Positions 9,409 to 19,982 of a stretch of 64,000 bases of DNA are shown piece by piece. The notes under the pieces were generated by a model that did no database searches, was not told the DNA's origin, and worked only from the letters and a program-made list of their open reading frames with translations. Made by a program: the position numbers and the translations under genes. The stretch lies in NCBI GenBank assembly GCA_017432345.1, contig JAFRJI010000014.1, positions 48,820 through 112,819 of the forward strand, in the 5' to 3' direction. Each line of letters opens with the position of its first letter. Position 1 is the first letter of the stretch. The stretch comes from Bacillota bacterium. Its GTDB lineage: Bacteria > Bacillota > Clostridia > Peptostreptococcales > Anaerovoracaceae.

Positions 9409-10428
9409 CTATACCAATGTTCCCATGTGCTTCATCGTGCGGATCAGCTGGTGTACGTAACTCATTTCGTTATCGTACCAGGCGACGATACGCACTTCGT
9501 AGATGTGTGTTCCGCACTGTTCCGCCAGCGTCTGAGTGGCGTCGAACAGCGAGCCGTAGCTGATGCCGATGATGTCGCTGGAAACCAGTTCTTCTTCAGT
9601 GTAGCCAAATGATTCGTTGGCCGCAGCCTTCATGACTTCATTGATTCCTTCTACAGTAACGGAATCTGTTTCGTCCTTCAGCGTCGCATCGAGGATCGTG
9701 ATGGATCCGGATGGAACCGGGACTCTCTGCGAAGAGCCGATGAGCTTGCCGTCCAGCTCCGGAATGACGAGGCCGATGGCTTTGGCGGCACCGGTGGAGT
9801 TCGGAACGATGTTGATCGCGCCGGCTCTGGCACGTCTGAGATCGCCTTTTTTGTGCGGTCCGTCCAGCAGCATCTGGTCGCCGGTATAGGCGTGGATCGT
9901 GGTCATGAACCCTGTTCTTACCTCTCTGTAGTTAGCCAGCACTTTGGCCATCGGAGCCAGGCAGTTGGTCGTGCAGGACGCGCCGGATACGATATTGTCG
10001 TCCTTTGTCAGCGTTTCGTGATTGACGCTGTATACGATGGTCGGCAGGTCATTGCCGGCCGGTGCGGAAATCAGGACTTTCTTTGCTCCCGCATCGATGT
10101 GTGCCTGCGACTTTTCTTTGGATGTGTAGAAGCCGGTGCACTCCAGAACGATATCGACGTCATATTCCGCCCAAGGAAGTTTGGTGGCATCCGCTTCGCT
10201 GAAAATCGGAATCCGCTTTCCATCTACCGCGATGGAATTTTCATCGCTTGTTACAGCATGCGCGTTCGCATATTTGCCCTGTACGCTGTCGTACTTCAGC
10301 AGATGCGCCAGCATGGCCGGGCTGGTCAGGTCGTTGATCGCAACGACTTCGCAGTCCGGGTCTTCAAATACTTTCCTGAAAGAAAGACGGCCGATGCGCC
10401 CAAACCCATTAATTGCGATTTTAATCAT
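9409..10428 (-). CDS. gap: Type I glyceraldehyde-3-phosphate dehydrogenase
   Basis: [24 protein letters not shown]. Confidence 0.98.
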   Translation of the reverse strand: MIKIAINGFGRIGRLSFRKVFEDPDCEVVAINDLTSPAMLAHLLKYDSVQGKYANAHAVTSDENSIAVDGKRIPIFSEADATKLPWAEYDVDIVLECTGFYTSKEKSQAHIDAGAKKVLISAPAGNDLPTIVYSVNHETLTKDDNIVSGASCTTNCLAPMAKVLANYREVRTGFMTTIHAYTGDQMLLDGPHKKGDLRRARAGAINIVPNSTGAAKAIGLVIPELDGKLIGSSQRVPVPSGSITILDATLKDETDSVTVEGINEVMKAAANESFGYTEEELVSSDIIGISYGSLFDATQTLAEQCGTHIYEVRIVAWYDNEMSYVHQLIRTMKHMGTLV

Positions 10429-10473
10429 TTCGTTTTTCCTCCTGTTATCTATATTGATTCATTTCTAACTGAT

Positions 10474-10511
10474 AAAGGGGGGGGTCATCTGACCTCCGGC
10501 CAGATAACCCC
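10474..10511 (-). terminator. GC-rich hairpin between pfk and gap (weak terminator or mRNA-stabilising stem)
   Basis: GGGGTTATCTGG...TCAGATGACCCC with only a short T run. Confidence 0.45.
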
Positions 10512-10536
10512 GCATTCTGGTTTTGCAATACTCGCA

Positions 10537-11796
10537 TTAAAGAAGCTCCTGATAGCCCGGAACGTACAGATGCCTTGGAATACCGTCGACCATGATCGGT
10601 GCGACGTCTCCCTGGATCAGCGGTTTGACGTAGGTGACAAACTCGTTCGTCACATATGTACCTTCTTTATTGATCCACTCTCTCGGTACGAGCTTCTCAT
10701 CGTTGGCGATCTTGTGTACGTCTTTGACGGAAGTGCTGGCCTGATACGGATCATCGGAGGTTCTCTCGATAACGACCATCTTGCCGCTGTCACCTTCATC
10801 GGCAGCTTTCATGGCAGCGCCGCCCACCTCATAAGCTTCCAGAATATCGATACGGGAAGCGCAGTGGCTGGCCGCTCTCTGCAGTGTGGACAGCTCGATG
10901 GCTCTCGTCTTGCAGCCGATCTGCTCAGAGAGTACCTCGCACAGGTATCTGGCTGTCCCTGTCAGCTGCTTATGTCCGAACGCATCCACATAATCGATCA
11001 CATTGCCCAGCTCACTGACATAGGTGCCGTCTGCCAGATGGATTCCTTCGGAAACGGCAATAACGACGGACGCTTTATTCTCAAGGAGCTTTCTGCACTT
11101 GTTGACAAAATCATTGATATTGAAATCGATTTCCGGAAGATAGATGGCATCCGGTCCGTCGCAGTCCTCACCTCTGGACAGCACGGATGCTCCAGTGAGC
11201 CATCCTGCGTCTCTGCCCATGATCTCTACGACGAGGATCTGTCCGCGCATGGTTTCCAGACTCCACCCGTCACGGATGATTTCCTTGACAGATGTACCGA
11301 TGTACTTGGCTGCAGAGCCATATCCCGGCGTGTGGTCTGTCAGCGCCAAATCGTTGTCGATGGTTTTCGGACAACCAACGAAACGGATATCGGATCCCGT
11401 TACGATGGCGTAATCTGACAGTTTCTTGATCGTATCCATGGAGTCGTTGCCTCCAATGTAGATGAAGCAATCGATTTCCAGATCATTCAATGTTTTGAAG
11501 AGTTCCTCATAGACTTCTTTATTCTCATAGATGTCCGGAAGCTTATAGCGGCATGACCCCAGATAAGCAGATGGCGTACGCTTAAGCAGTTCCTCATCGA
11601 GCCCGGTCTTGATGTGCTCGGATAAATCGATGTACCTTTCCTGTAAAAGTCCTTGAATCCCATGTAGCATCCCGTACACTTTATTATATCCACGGTCTCT
11701 GGCTGTTCTGTAAACGCCGGCAAGAGATGAATTGATTGCCGCTGTCGGACCTCCTGACTGTCCGACGATTACATTTCTTTTCTTCCTCTTTTCCAT
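10537..11796 (-). CDS. Phosphofructokinase, probably PPi-dependent (Pfp-type)
   Basis: GQSGGPTAAIN, GGNDSMD (Asp typical of PPi enzymes), PKTIDND, EIMGR. Confidence 0.88.
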   Translation of the reverse strand: MEKRKKRNVIVGQSGGPTAAINSSLAGVYRTARDRGYNKVYGMLHGIQGLLQERYIDLSEHIKTGLDEELLKRTPSAYLGSCRYKLPDIYENKEVYEELFKTLNDLEIDCFIYIGGNDSMDTIKKLSDYAIVTGSDIRFVGCPKTIDNDLALTDHTPGYGSAAKYIGTSVKEIIRDGWSLETMRGQILVVEIMGRDAGWLTGASVLSRGEDCDGPDAIYLPEIDFNINDFVNKCRKLLENKASVVIAVSEGIHLADGTYVSELGNVIDYVDAFGHKQLTGTARYLCEVLSEQIGCKTRAIELSTLQRAASHCASRIDILEAYEVGGAAMKAADEGDSGKMVVIERTSDDPYQASTSVKDVHKIANDEKLVPREWINKEGTYVTNEFVTYVKPLIQGDVAPIMVDGIPRHLYVPGYQELL

Positions 11797-11907
11797 CCTT
11801 TTTTTCTCCTCGTATTCTCTCGTATTATGATGTCCAAACGATCTTTTGTTTGATCGAAACTGATCGGATGATCAGAAATAGATGTGCAAATAATCATTAA
11901 TATTACA

Positions 11908-11936
11908 ATTTTACTGCCCCATATTTTTTTCGTCAA
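11908..11936 (-). promoter_or_regulatory. SigA promoter of pfk-gap-glgA-glgP
   Basis: TTGACG-17 bp-TAAAAT. Confidence 0.65.
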
Positions 11937-11986
11937 TAATATCTTGCGAAAAAGTAAGAATTATATCTGTCCTGTCGGTCATCTTG

Positions 11987-12015
11987 TTGAAACCTGCGCC
12001 AAATAAGAGTAGAAT
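11987..12015 (+). promoter_or_regulatory. SigA promoter of glgB operon
   Basis: TTGAAA-17 bp-TAGAAT. Confidence 0.6.
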
Positions 12016-12048
12016 TATAATAGGTATACCCTGGAGATAATTAACAGT

Positions 12049-13971
12049 ATGGTTCAGAATATTACAGAACACAAATACCTGTTCCATCATGGAGCGAATT
12101 ACAGGTCATACGAATTCCTCGGAGCGCACCTGGTTGACGCGGATGCAAACGCCGGCGTGGTTTTCCGCGTGTGGGCACCGCGGGCAAAATCCATTTCCAT
12201 CGTCGGAAACTTCAACGGCTGGGATCCGTTCCGGCACGTGATGCAGCCGCTCGATGACGACCATGAGATCTGGGAGCTGACCATCCCGGAAGCGGCGGAA
12301 GGCGATCTTTACAAATTCGCCGTGACCAGCGACAAGGGAAAGACGGTCCTGAAGGCGGACCCATACGCTTTCTTCTCGGAAAACGGCAATACAACCGGGG
12401 GCAGTCAGCGGGCTTCCATTATATACGACGTCCGCAAGGAATTCCCTTGGCAGGATGCCCGGTGGATCGAGCAGCGCGCAAAAAAGAATGTCTACAAACA
12501 GCCGATGAACATCTATGAAGTGCATGTCGGTTCCTGGCGCCGCCGTGAAGACGGCAGCGTCTATTCCTACCGCGAGGTCGCTGACCAGCTCATTCCGTAC
12601 GTCCGGAAAATGGGCTACACGCACATCGAACTGCTTCCGATCATGGAATACCCATTTGATGGTTCCTGGGGTTATCAGGTGACCGGGTATTACAGCCCGA
12701 CGTCCCGTTACGGCAGGCCAGAGGACCTGAAGTATCTCATCGATATGGCGCACCGCAACAACATTGGGGTAATCATGGACTGGGTCCCTGCCCATTTCCC
12801 GAAAGATGACTACGGCCTCGCCGAGTTCGACGGATACCCGCTGTATGAGGACAGCAACCCGCTTCGCGCGGAGCACAAAGGCTGGGGTACGATGGCTTTT
12901 GATTTCGGACGGCCGGAGATCCTTAGCTTCCTCATTTCGAATGCATATTATTTCTGCGAGAAGTTCCATATAGACGGTCTGCGGGTCGATGCCGTGGCGG
13001 CCATGATCTATCTCAATTACGGCCGCGAAGAAGGCGAATGGATGCCGAACGTCGACGGCGGCGTCGAAAACTTAGAAGCCATTGCGTTCCTGCAGCAGAT
13101 GAACCGAGATATATTGTCCGGTTTTCCGGGCGTCATCACGGTTGCCGAGGAATCCACGGCATTTCCGAATATCACGAAGCCGCCATACGACGGCGGACTC
13201 GGATTCAACTTCAAATGGAACATGGGCTGGATGAACGATGAACTGGAATACTTCGAAACAGATCCGCTCTTCCGAAAAGGCGCTCACGGCAAACTGATCT
13301 TCTCTCTGGAATACGCCTGGAGTGAAAACTTCATTCTGCCGATTTCCCACGACGAAGTAGTCCACGGGAAGAAATCCCTGCTCGACAAGATGCCCGGCGA
13401 ATACGACCGGAAATTCGACGGGCTACGAACGTTCCTGACTTATATGTTCACGCATCCGGGCAAAAAACTGAATTTCATGGGCAATGAATTCGCCCAGTTT
13501 ATCGAGTGGAATGAAAACGCGCAGCTTGACTGGTTGCTGCTCGATTACGACCGGCACCGTCAGATCCGAGAATTTTGCCGGGATCTGAACCACTACTATC
13601 TGCTGGCACCGGCTCTTTGGAACGGGGACGATACCCCGGACGGCTTCCAGTGGATCGATGGCGGCAACATCGATGACAATGTGATCGCTTTCATCCGGTT
13701 CAGTATCGACCGCAAGGACCAACGTCACACGCCGGTCATCACCGTCCTCAATCTTTCGGGACGGGATCTCGATCACTATAAGATCGGCGTGCCGGAGGCC
13801 AAAGCCTTTGCACCGGTCATCGACACAGACGCAGTTCAATATGGCGGCCGCGGCTTGCGGACTGCTTCAACATACAAAGTCCGATCGGAAGGCTGGAACG
13901 GCTACGATCATCACATCGTGCTGTCGCTGCCGGCTCTTTCCGCAATCGTTTTAGAGCAAAAGGAGGTATAA
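12049..13971 (+). CDS. glgB: 1,4-alpha-glucan branching enzyme
   Basis: FRVWAP, SWGYQ, DWVPAHF, DGLRVDAV, AEEST, SHDEVVHGK. Confidence 0.97.
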   Translation: MVQNITEHKYLFHHGANYRSYEFLGAHLVDADANAGVVFRVWAPRAKSISIVGNFNGWDPFRHVMQPLDDDHEIWELTIPEAAEGDLYKFAVTSDKGKTVLKADPYAFFSENGNTTGGSQRASIIYDVRKEFPWQDARWIEQRAKKNVYKQPMNIYEVHVGSWRRREDGSVYSYREVADQLIPYVRKMGYTHIELLPIMEYPFDGSWGYQVTGYYSPTSRYGRPEDLKYLIDMAHRNNIGVIMDWVPAHFPKDDYGLAEFDGYPLYEDSNPLRAEHKGWGTMAFDFGRPEILSFLISNAYYFCEKFHIDGLRVDAVAAMIYLNYGREEGEWMPNVDGGVENLEAIAFLQQMNRDILSGFPGVITVAEESTAFPNITKPPYDGGLGFNFKWNMGWMNDELEYFETDPLFRKGAHGKLIFSLEYAWSENFILPISHDEVVHGKKSLLDKMPGEYDRKFDGLRTFLTYMFTHPGKKLNFMGNEFAQFIEWNENAQLDWLLLDYDRHRQIREFCRDLNHYYLLAPALWNGDDTPDGFQWIDGGNIDDNVIAFIRFSIDRKDQRHTPVITVLNLSGRDLDHYKIGVPEAKAFAPVIDTDAVQYGGRGLRTASTYKVRSEGWNGYDHHIVLSLPALSAIVLEQKEV

Positions 13972-13974
13972 AGA

Positions 13975-15117
13975 ATGGCCAGAAAGAAAAAGTGCATTGC
14001 CATGCTTCTTGCTGGAGGACAGGGCAGCCGGCTCGCTCCGCTGACGGAGAACGTCGCGAAACCTGCTGTCCCGTTCGGAGGACGTTACCGCATCATCGAT
14101 TTCTCCCTTTCCAACTGTGTCAATTCGAACATCGACACAGTTGGCGTGCTGACCCAGTATCAGCCGTTGGAGCTGAACGACTATCTGGGGACCGGCGATC
14201 CGTGGGATCTCGACCTGAACTATGGCGGACTGCACGTCCTGCCTCCGTACCAGGCTGCCAAAGGCGGCGACTGGTTCAAGGGAACGGCCAATGCGATCTA
14301 TCAGAACCAGAAGTTCATTTCGAACTATGATCCGGACTACATCCTCGTTCTGTCCGGAGACCATATCTACAAAATGAATTACGACATCATGCTGCAGGAG
14401 CATATCGACAACGGCGCCGACGCGACCATTGCTGTCATGGACGTTCCTCTCGAAGAAGCGAGCCGCTTCGGCATCATGAGCTGCGACGAGAAAGGTCTCA
14501 TCACAGAGTTCGCCGAGAAACCGGCTGAGCCAAAGAGCACCCTCGCGTCTATGGGCGTATACGTGTTCAACACCGACAAGCTGATGAAGTATCTGGAACT
14601 GGACGAGCAAAACCCTGAGTCCGACAACGACTTCGGCAAGAACGTCATCCCGGCCATGCTGGCGGGCGGCGAGAAACTGTACGCTTACCTGTACAAAGGC
14701 TACTGGCGCGATGTCGGTACCCTTTCATCCTACTGGAGCGCCAACATGGATACGCTGGGAGAAGATCCGGAGCTTTGGCTCAATGACGATGGATGGCGCA
14801 TCTATTACCGCCACGACTTCCAGTCACCGACTTACCTCGGAGAGCATGCCAGCCTGCACAACTGCAACTGCGCGGCCGGCAACGAGATCGACGGCCATGT
14901 TTCCGATTCGGTCCTCGGCAGCAACATCACCATCGAGGAAGGCGCTGTCGTCAAAGACTCCGTGATCATGAGCAACGTGGTCATCGAGAAGGACGCCGTT
15001 GTTGAATACGCCATTATCGACCGCGACGCGCGCATCTGCGCCGGAGCGAAAGTCGGCGGCGACAAAGAAACCACGGAACTTACCGTAATTGCCGCTGGAG
15101 AGGAGGTCGTACAATGA
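13975..15117 (+). CDS. glgC: Glucose-1-phosphate adenylyltransferase
   Basis: [32 protein letters not shown]. Confidence 0.97.
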   Translation: MARKKKCIAMLLAGGQGSRLAPLTENVAKPAVPFGGRYRIIDFSLSNCVNSNIDTVGVLTQYQPLELNDYLGTGDPWDLDLNYGGLHVLPPYQAAKGGDWFKGTANAIYQNQKFISNYDPDYILVLSGDHIYKMNYDIMLQEHIDNGADATIAVMDVPLEEASRFGIMSCDEKGLITEFAEKPAEPKSTLASMGVYVFNTDKLMKYLELDEQNPESDNDFGKNVIPAMLAGGEKLYAYLYKGYWRDVGTLSSYWSANMDTLGEDPELWLNDDGWRIYYRHDFQSPTYLGEHASLHNCNCAAGNEIDGHVSDSVLGSNITIEEGAVVKDSVIMSNVVIEKDAVVEYAIIDRDARICAGAKVGGDKETTELTVIAAGEEVVQ

Positions 15118-16232
15118 ACATGCTGGGATTGATCTTCGCTGACGAACACGATGCCGATGTCAGCGAACTGACAACGAAGAGAACCTTTGCAGCCATTCCG
15201 TTCGGTGCGCGGTACCGTCTCATCGATTTCTTCATTTCGAACATGACGAATTCGGGGATCCGCAACATCGGCGTGGTAGCAACGACAAAATACGAAAGCC
15301 TGATGGGCCACGTCCGCTACGGCGGTGAATGGGACCTGAACCGGAGAAAGACCGGATTGACCGTCCTTCCTCCGTTCTCGTTCTTCAACGGCCAGGTCCG
15401 TTACGAGAACGTTCTGGAAGCGCTTCAGGCCAACATTTCCTATATCACCGATTACAAGGAGCCGTACGTCCTGTTCACCTGCTGCAATGCCATCGGCAAC
15501 ATCGATTACGCAGCCATGCTGGAAAAGCATATCGAATCGGGAGCCCGTTTCACCTGCCTTTGCACGAGAAACCCGCTGAACAAAGAACCGGGCGTCGCAA
15601 CGACAGAATATAAGGTTGATGAGGACGGCAGGATCACAGACATCCTCATTCACGATGATGTCACGGAAGGTGCGTACGTCGCGACCCACACCTACATCAT
15701 GGGCCGGGACGATCTGCTGGAGATCCTGGAGGAATCCATCGATCTGAACAAAAAGAGTCTCCGTATGGACGTGCTGAAACCAGCGCTCAAGGACTCCAAG
15801 ATCATGGCTTACGAAACCGATGAAAAACTGTTATTCATCGATTCCGTATCGTCATACTTGCAGAGCAATCTGGATCTTCTGGATAAGGATCTGCGATGTG
15901 AACTGTTCAAGAAGGAACTCCGTCCGATCATCACCAGAGCGGGCAACAGTTCCCCTGCTTTCTACGGAGATTGTTCCAACGCGACCAATTCCCTGATTGC
16001 GGCGGGATCCGTCATCGAAGGTACGGTGAAGAATTCTGTGATCTTCCGCAACGTGCACGTCAAGAAAGGCGCGGTCATCGAGAACTGTGTCATCAATCAG
16101 GACTGCACCATCGGAGAGGGCGCGATGCTGAACTACGCGGTGCTGGATAAAGGCGTGCACATCAATGATAAGCGCCTTCTGTCCGGTTACATCACGCATC
16201 CGTTCTTTGTGAAATCAAAATCCGTAATCTAG
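15114..16232 (+). CDS. glgD: ADP-glucose pyrophosphorylase regulatory subunit
   Basis: GlgC paralogue lacking the GGxGxR motif; ATGA overlap with glgC. Confidence 0.93.
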   Translation: MNMLGLIFADEHDADVSELTTKRTFAAIPFGARYRLIDFFISNMTNSGIRNIGVVATTKYESLMGHVRYGGEWDLNRRKTGLTVLPPFSFFNGQVRYENVLEALQANISYITDYKEPYVLFTCCNAIGNIDYAAMLEKHIESGARFTCLCTRNPLNKEPGVATTEYKVDEDGRITDILIHDDVTEGAYVATHTYIMGRDDLLEILEESIDLNKKSLRMDVLKPALKDSKIMAYETDEKLLFIDSVSSYLQSNLDLLDKDLRCELFKKELRPIITRAGNSSPAFYGDCSNATNSLIAAGSVIEGTVKNSVIFRNVHVKKGAVIENCVINQDCTIGEGAMLNYAVLDKGVHINDKRLLSGYITHPFFVKSKSVI

Positions 16233-16246
16233 CGTTGGGGGGGAAT

Positions 16247-18160
16247 ATGACAGGAAAATCGGACATTATTTTTGATTCTAGAAATGGATTTTTCAAAACC
16301 CCTCAGGGCGCTGTCAAAGCGAATACGGAAATGGCTTTCCGGCTGCTGGTCGCAGAAGATCTGCAGCCGATTGCTGTGCGCCTGATCATACTGTATGACC
16401 GGCATAACGATCCGGCCGTTTACGATATGGACGGCGGCAGCAGGACGCCGGAAGAGACCGATGATTATCTGGAGTTCACCGCGGCGTTCACGATCCATGA
16501 TACGGGACTGTACTGGTATCACTTCGAGGTTCTGACCGACGAAGGACTTCTTCGCATCGGCAAAGATCATGACAATCGTGCGGTCATCATGGACTCGCCG
16601 AGCACCTGGCAGCAAACGGTCTACCGGCGCGCCTACGATGCGCCGGACTGGATCTGCGGCGGCATCTTTTATCATGCATTCGTCGACCGATTCCACCGGT
16701 CCGGCCGCCCTCGCCTGCCGCAAAAAGACAAGATCCTCCGCGAGGATTGGGGCGGCGTTCCGGAATGGAAGCCAAAAAACCTGAAGATCTATAACAACGA
16801 CTTTTTTGGCGGGGATCTGGAAGGCATCCGGCAGAAACTGCCTTACCTGGCGGAGCTGCATGTGACGTGCCTGTATCTGAGCCCAATCTTTGAGGCCTAC
16901 TCCAGTCATAAATACGATACCGGAAACTATGAACACATCGACCCGATGTTCGGCAGCGAAGCGGACTTCGAAGCCCTTTGCAAAAGCGCCGCGGAATACG
17001 GAATCCGCGTGATCTGCGACGGGGTGTTCGCGCATACGGGATCGGACTCCGTATATTTCGATAAATACGGCCACTATGGAGAGAAAAGCGGTCACGCGCC
17101 TGGCGCTTACGGCCACCCGGACTCCCCTTACCGCAACTGGTACTTCTTTCACGACGATGAAACCTACGACTGCTGGTGGGATTTCCGGACGCTGCCGAAA
17201 CTGAACAAGCGGGATCCCGGCTACGTCGAGTACTTGACCGGCGAGAACGGGATCGTGCGCAAGTGGCTGCGGGCCGGTGCTAGCGGATGGCGCCTGGATG
17301 TGGCGGACGAACTGCCGAACGACTTTCTCGACGCACTGGTGTCTGCCGCCAAAACAGAAAAACGCGATTCGATCATCATCGGCGAGGTCTGGGAAGACGC
17401 GTCCAACAAGATCGCGTATGAAGAACGCAAAAATTATTTCGAGGGCATGCGCCTCGATTCCGTTATGAACTACCCGTTCCGCACGTCGATCATCGATTTC
17501 GTGCGTCACGGGAATGCCAAAGACCTGGCGCTGACTGTGGAATCGATCGCCGAGAACTACCCGCCGGAAGTCCTGCACTGCCTCATGAACGTGCTGGGGA
17601 CCCATGACAGCCCGCGGATCATCACCGCGCTGGCCGGCGCCGATCTCGGCCCGGATCCTTCCAGGCAGCTGCAGGCGGAAACGCACCTCGATGATGCGGA
17701 ATGGGAACGCGGGACCCGGCTTTTGAAGATCGCGTCGCTGATCCAGATGACGCTGCCGGGTATTCCGTGCATCTATTACGGCGATGAAGCCGGCACCGAG
17801 GGGTACAAGGATCCGTTCAACCGGACCTGCTATCCATGGGGACACGAAAACGCGGATCTGCTCTGCTGGTATAAAAAGATCACGCAGATCCGGGCGTCAC
17901 ATCCGGTATACCGGCAAGGCGCTTACCGGACCATCGCTGCGGCAGACGGGCTGTTTGCTTTTGAACGGTTTGATCCGGTCGGCGGCGAATCGGCGCACCC
18001 GACGCTCATGACCGTATGCTGCTGCGGTGGGCATGAGCAGCACCTTCCGCTGGAAGGACGCTGGCAGGATCTGCTGACCGGACAAGTTTTCGAAGGAACG
18101 ATCACGGTCTTTCCGGAAGACGCACTGCTTTTAGAAAGGAGCAATGAATATGGATTTTAA
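16247..18160 (+). CDS. GH13 amylopullulanase/neopullulanase-like glycosidase
   Basis: GWRLDVADEL, GEVWED, LGTHD catalytic regions; YYGDE. Confidence 0.9.
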   Translation: MTGKSDIIFDSRNGFFKTPQGAVKANTEMAFRLLVAEDLQPIAVRLIILYDRHNDPAVYDMDGGSRTPEETDDYLEFTAAFTIHDTGLYWYHFEVLTDEGLLRIGKDHDNRAVIMDSPSTWQQTVYRRAYDAPDWICGGIFYHAFVDRFHRSGRPRLPQKDKILREDWGGVPEWKPKNLKIYNNDFFGGDLEGIRQKLPYLAELHVTCLYLSPIFEAYSSHKYDTGNYEHIDPMFGSEADFEALCKSAAEYGIRVICDGVFAHTGSDSVYFDKYGHYGEKSGHAPGAYGHPDSPYRNWYFFHDDETYDCWWDFRTLPKLNKRDPGYVEYLTGENGIVRKWLRAGASGWRLDVADELPNDFLDALVSAAKTEKRDSIIIGEVWEDASNKIAYEERKNYFEGMRLDSVMNYPFRTSIIDFVRHGNAKDLALTVESIAENYPPEVLHCLMNVLGTHDSPRIITALAGADLGPDPSRQLQAETHLDDAEWERGTRLLKIASLIQMTLPGIPCIYYGDEAGTEGYKDPFNRTCYPWGHENADLLCWYKKITQIRASHPVYRQGAYRTIAAADGLFAFERFDPVGGESAHPTLMTVCCCGGHEQHLPLEGRWQDLLTGQVFEGTITVFPEDALLLERSNEYGF

Positions 18161-19868
18161 CAACGAATACCGACGCTGGCTAGAAAGCGACATCGTCGAC
18201 GAAGCGACAAAAGAAGAACTGCGCGCCATCGAAGGCGACGCGAAAGAGATCGAAGGCCGCTTCAGCAAGATGCTGGACTTCGGGACGGCAGGTCTGAGAG
18301 GCATCATGTGCGCCGGACTGTTCGGAATGAATGTCTACACCGTCCGTTATGCGACGCAGGGCCTCGCGGATCTGATCAAGCGCAGCCCGGTGGAGGGCAA
18401 GAGCGGCGTTACCATCGCATATGATTCCCGCAACAACAGCGACCTGTTCGCCCGCGAAGCTGCCGGAGTGCTGGCTGCCAACGGCATCCACGTCTACTTC
18501 TTTGAAAGCCTGCGCCCGACGCCGGAACTTTCCTTCGCGCTCCGCGAAACCGACTCCATCGCGGGAATCAACATCACCGCCAGCCACAACCCGAAAGAAT
18601 ACAACGGATACAAGGTGTACTGGGAGGACGGTGCCCAGCTTCCGCCGCAGCACGCGGCCGAAGTGGCGGAATCCATGCGGAAGAGCGACATCTTCGATGA
18701 CGTCCGGTCGATGGATTTTGCAAAAGCTCAGGAAGCGGGATTCATTACGGTCCTCGGCGCGGAAACGGATGAGAAATACCTGGCCTGCGTACTGGCGCAA
18801 TCCGCCAGCAGCACGGCGGTCAAGGAAGCGGCTGATTTCAAACTGATCTACACGCCGCTTCACGGAACGGGCTATAAACTCGTACCGGAAGTTCTGAAAC
18901 GTCTCGGTGCGGAAAACATCATCACGGTTCCGGAACAGATGGTCATCGACGGCGACTTCCCGACCGTCGCTTCACCGAACCCGGATAACATCGGGACTTT
19001 TAAGCTGGCCATCGAACTGGCCAAGGAACATGACGCGAATCTGATCATCGGCACCGACCCGGATGGCGACCGCTGCGGCGCAGTCGTCCGGAACGGCAAC
19101 GAATTCATCATTCTCACCGGAAACCAGCTGGGCGTTTTGCTTCTGGATTATCTGATCCAGGCGAAAAAGGAAGCCGGCACGCTGGTCGCCAACAGCGCTG
19201 CGGTCAAGAGCGTCGTTTCGACACCGATGGCCAACGCGATCTGCGAGCAGAACGGCGTCGCCATGATCGAAGTGCTGACAGGCTTCAAGTTCATCGGCGA
19301 AAAAATCAAGGAATGGGAAAGCACGAACGAGCACACCTTCCTCTTTGGATTTGAGGAGAGTAACGGTTACCTCAGCGGCACCTACGCCAGAGACAAAGAC
19401 GCCATCGTCGCGTCGATGCTGCTCTGCGAGATGGCATGCTACTACGCGCGCAAAGGCCTGACCCTCTATCAGGTCCTGCAGGAGATGTATCAGAAATACG
19501 GTTTCTTCAAGGAAGAAGTCGTCTCGATCCTCTTTGAAGGGTTCGACGCGTCCGACAAGATGGCCGCGGTCATGAAGCAGCTGCGGGAGGAACCTCCTGC
19601 TGAGATCGGCTTCGCCATCGAGCGGATCCGCGACTACGACAGCGGCGTCATCACAGAGACCGCCACGGGCAGCACTTCCCCGACCGGCCTGCCGGGCAGC
19701 AACATGCTGTTCTATGAACTGGCCGGCGGATCTAAGGCCATCGTCCGTCCATCCGGAACGGAGCCGAAGGTCAAACTGTACCTGATGGCGCAGGGTGCTG
19801 ACGCGGCTTCCTGCGATGCGGCGCTTGATACGGTCAAGGCCGCGCTGCTTAAAATCGTGAAGGGATAG
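18144..19868 (+). CDS. pgm: Phosphoglucomutase/phosphomannomutase
   Basis: FGTAGLRG, TASHNP, DPDGDR, RPSGTEPK; true start may be 18150. Confidence 0.93.
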   Translation: MNMDFNNEYRRWLESDIVDEATKEELRAIEGDAKEIEGRFSKMLDFGTAGLRGIMCAGLFGMNVYTVRYATQGLADLIKRSPVEGKSGVTIAYDSRNNSDLFAREAAGVLAANGIHVYFFESLRPTPELSFALRETDSIAGINITASHNPKEYNGYKVYWEDGAQLPPQHAAEVAESMRKSDIFDDVRSMDFAKAQEAGFITVLGAETDEKYLACVLAQSASSTAVKEAADFKLIYTPLHGTGYKLVPEVLKRLGAENIITVPEQMVIDGDFPTVASPNPDNIGTFKLAIELAKEHDANLIIGTDPDGDRCGAVVRNGNEFIILTGNQLGVLLLDYLIQAKKEAGTLVANSAAVKSVVSTPMANAICEQNGVAMIEVLTGFKFIGEKIKEWESTNEHTFLFGFEESNGYLSGTYARDKDAIVASMLLCEMACYYARKGLTLYQVLQEMYQKYGFFKEEVVSILFEGFDASDKMAAVMKQLREEPPAEIGFAIERIRDYDSGVITETATGSTSPTGLPGSNMLFYELAGGSKAIVRPSGTEPKVKLYLMAQGADAASCDAALDTVKAALLKIVKG

Positions 19869-19906
19869 AGGAACTACCGAACAGATAATTAGCAGATGAG
19901 TGTATG

Positions 19907-19945
19907 AAAAGAAGTGCCGCGGCTGCCCGCCGGACACTTCTTTTT
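19907..19945. terminator. Bidirectional terminator pgm/malQ
   Basis: AAAAGAAGTG...CACTTCTTTTT inverted repeat between convergent genes. Confidence 0.75.
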
Positions 19946-19982
19946 GATTGTTTATTGCTCTTATTTATAGTTTTGTCATGGT

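Noticed and set aside
9853-11418. 521-aa plus-strand ORF
   Set aside because: Antisense shadow of gap/pfk caused by codon bias; no recognisable motifs
11838-11876. Four GATC sites in about 35 bp of the pfk leader (methylation switch?)
   Set aside because: GATC is very frequent throughout the window, and the sites are explained by two small hairpins
16229-17845. 538-aa minus-strand ORF
   Set aside because: Antisense shadow of the GH13 gene
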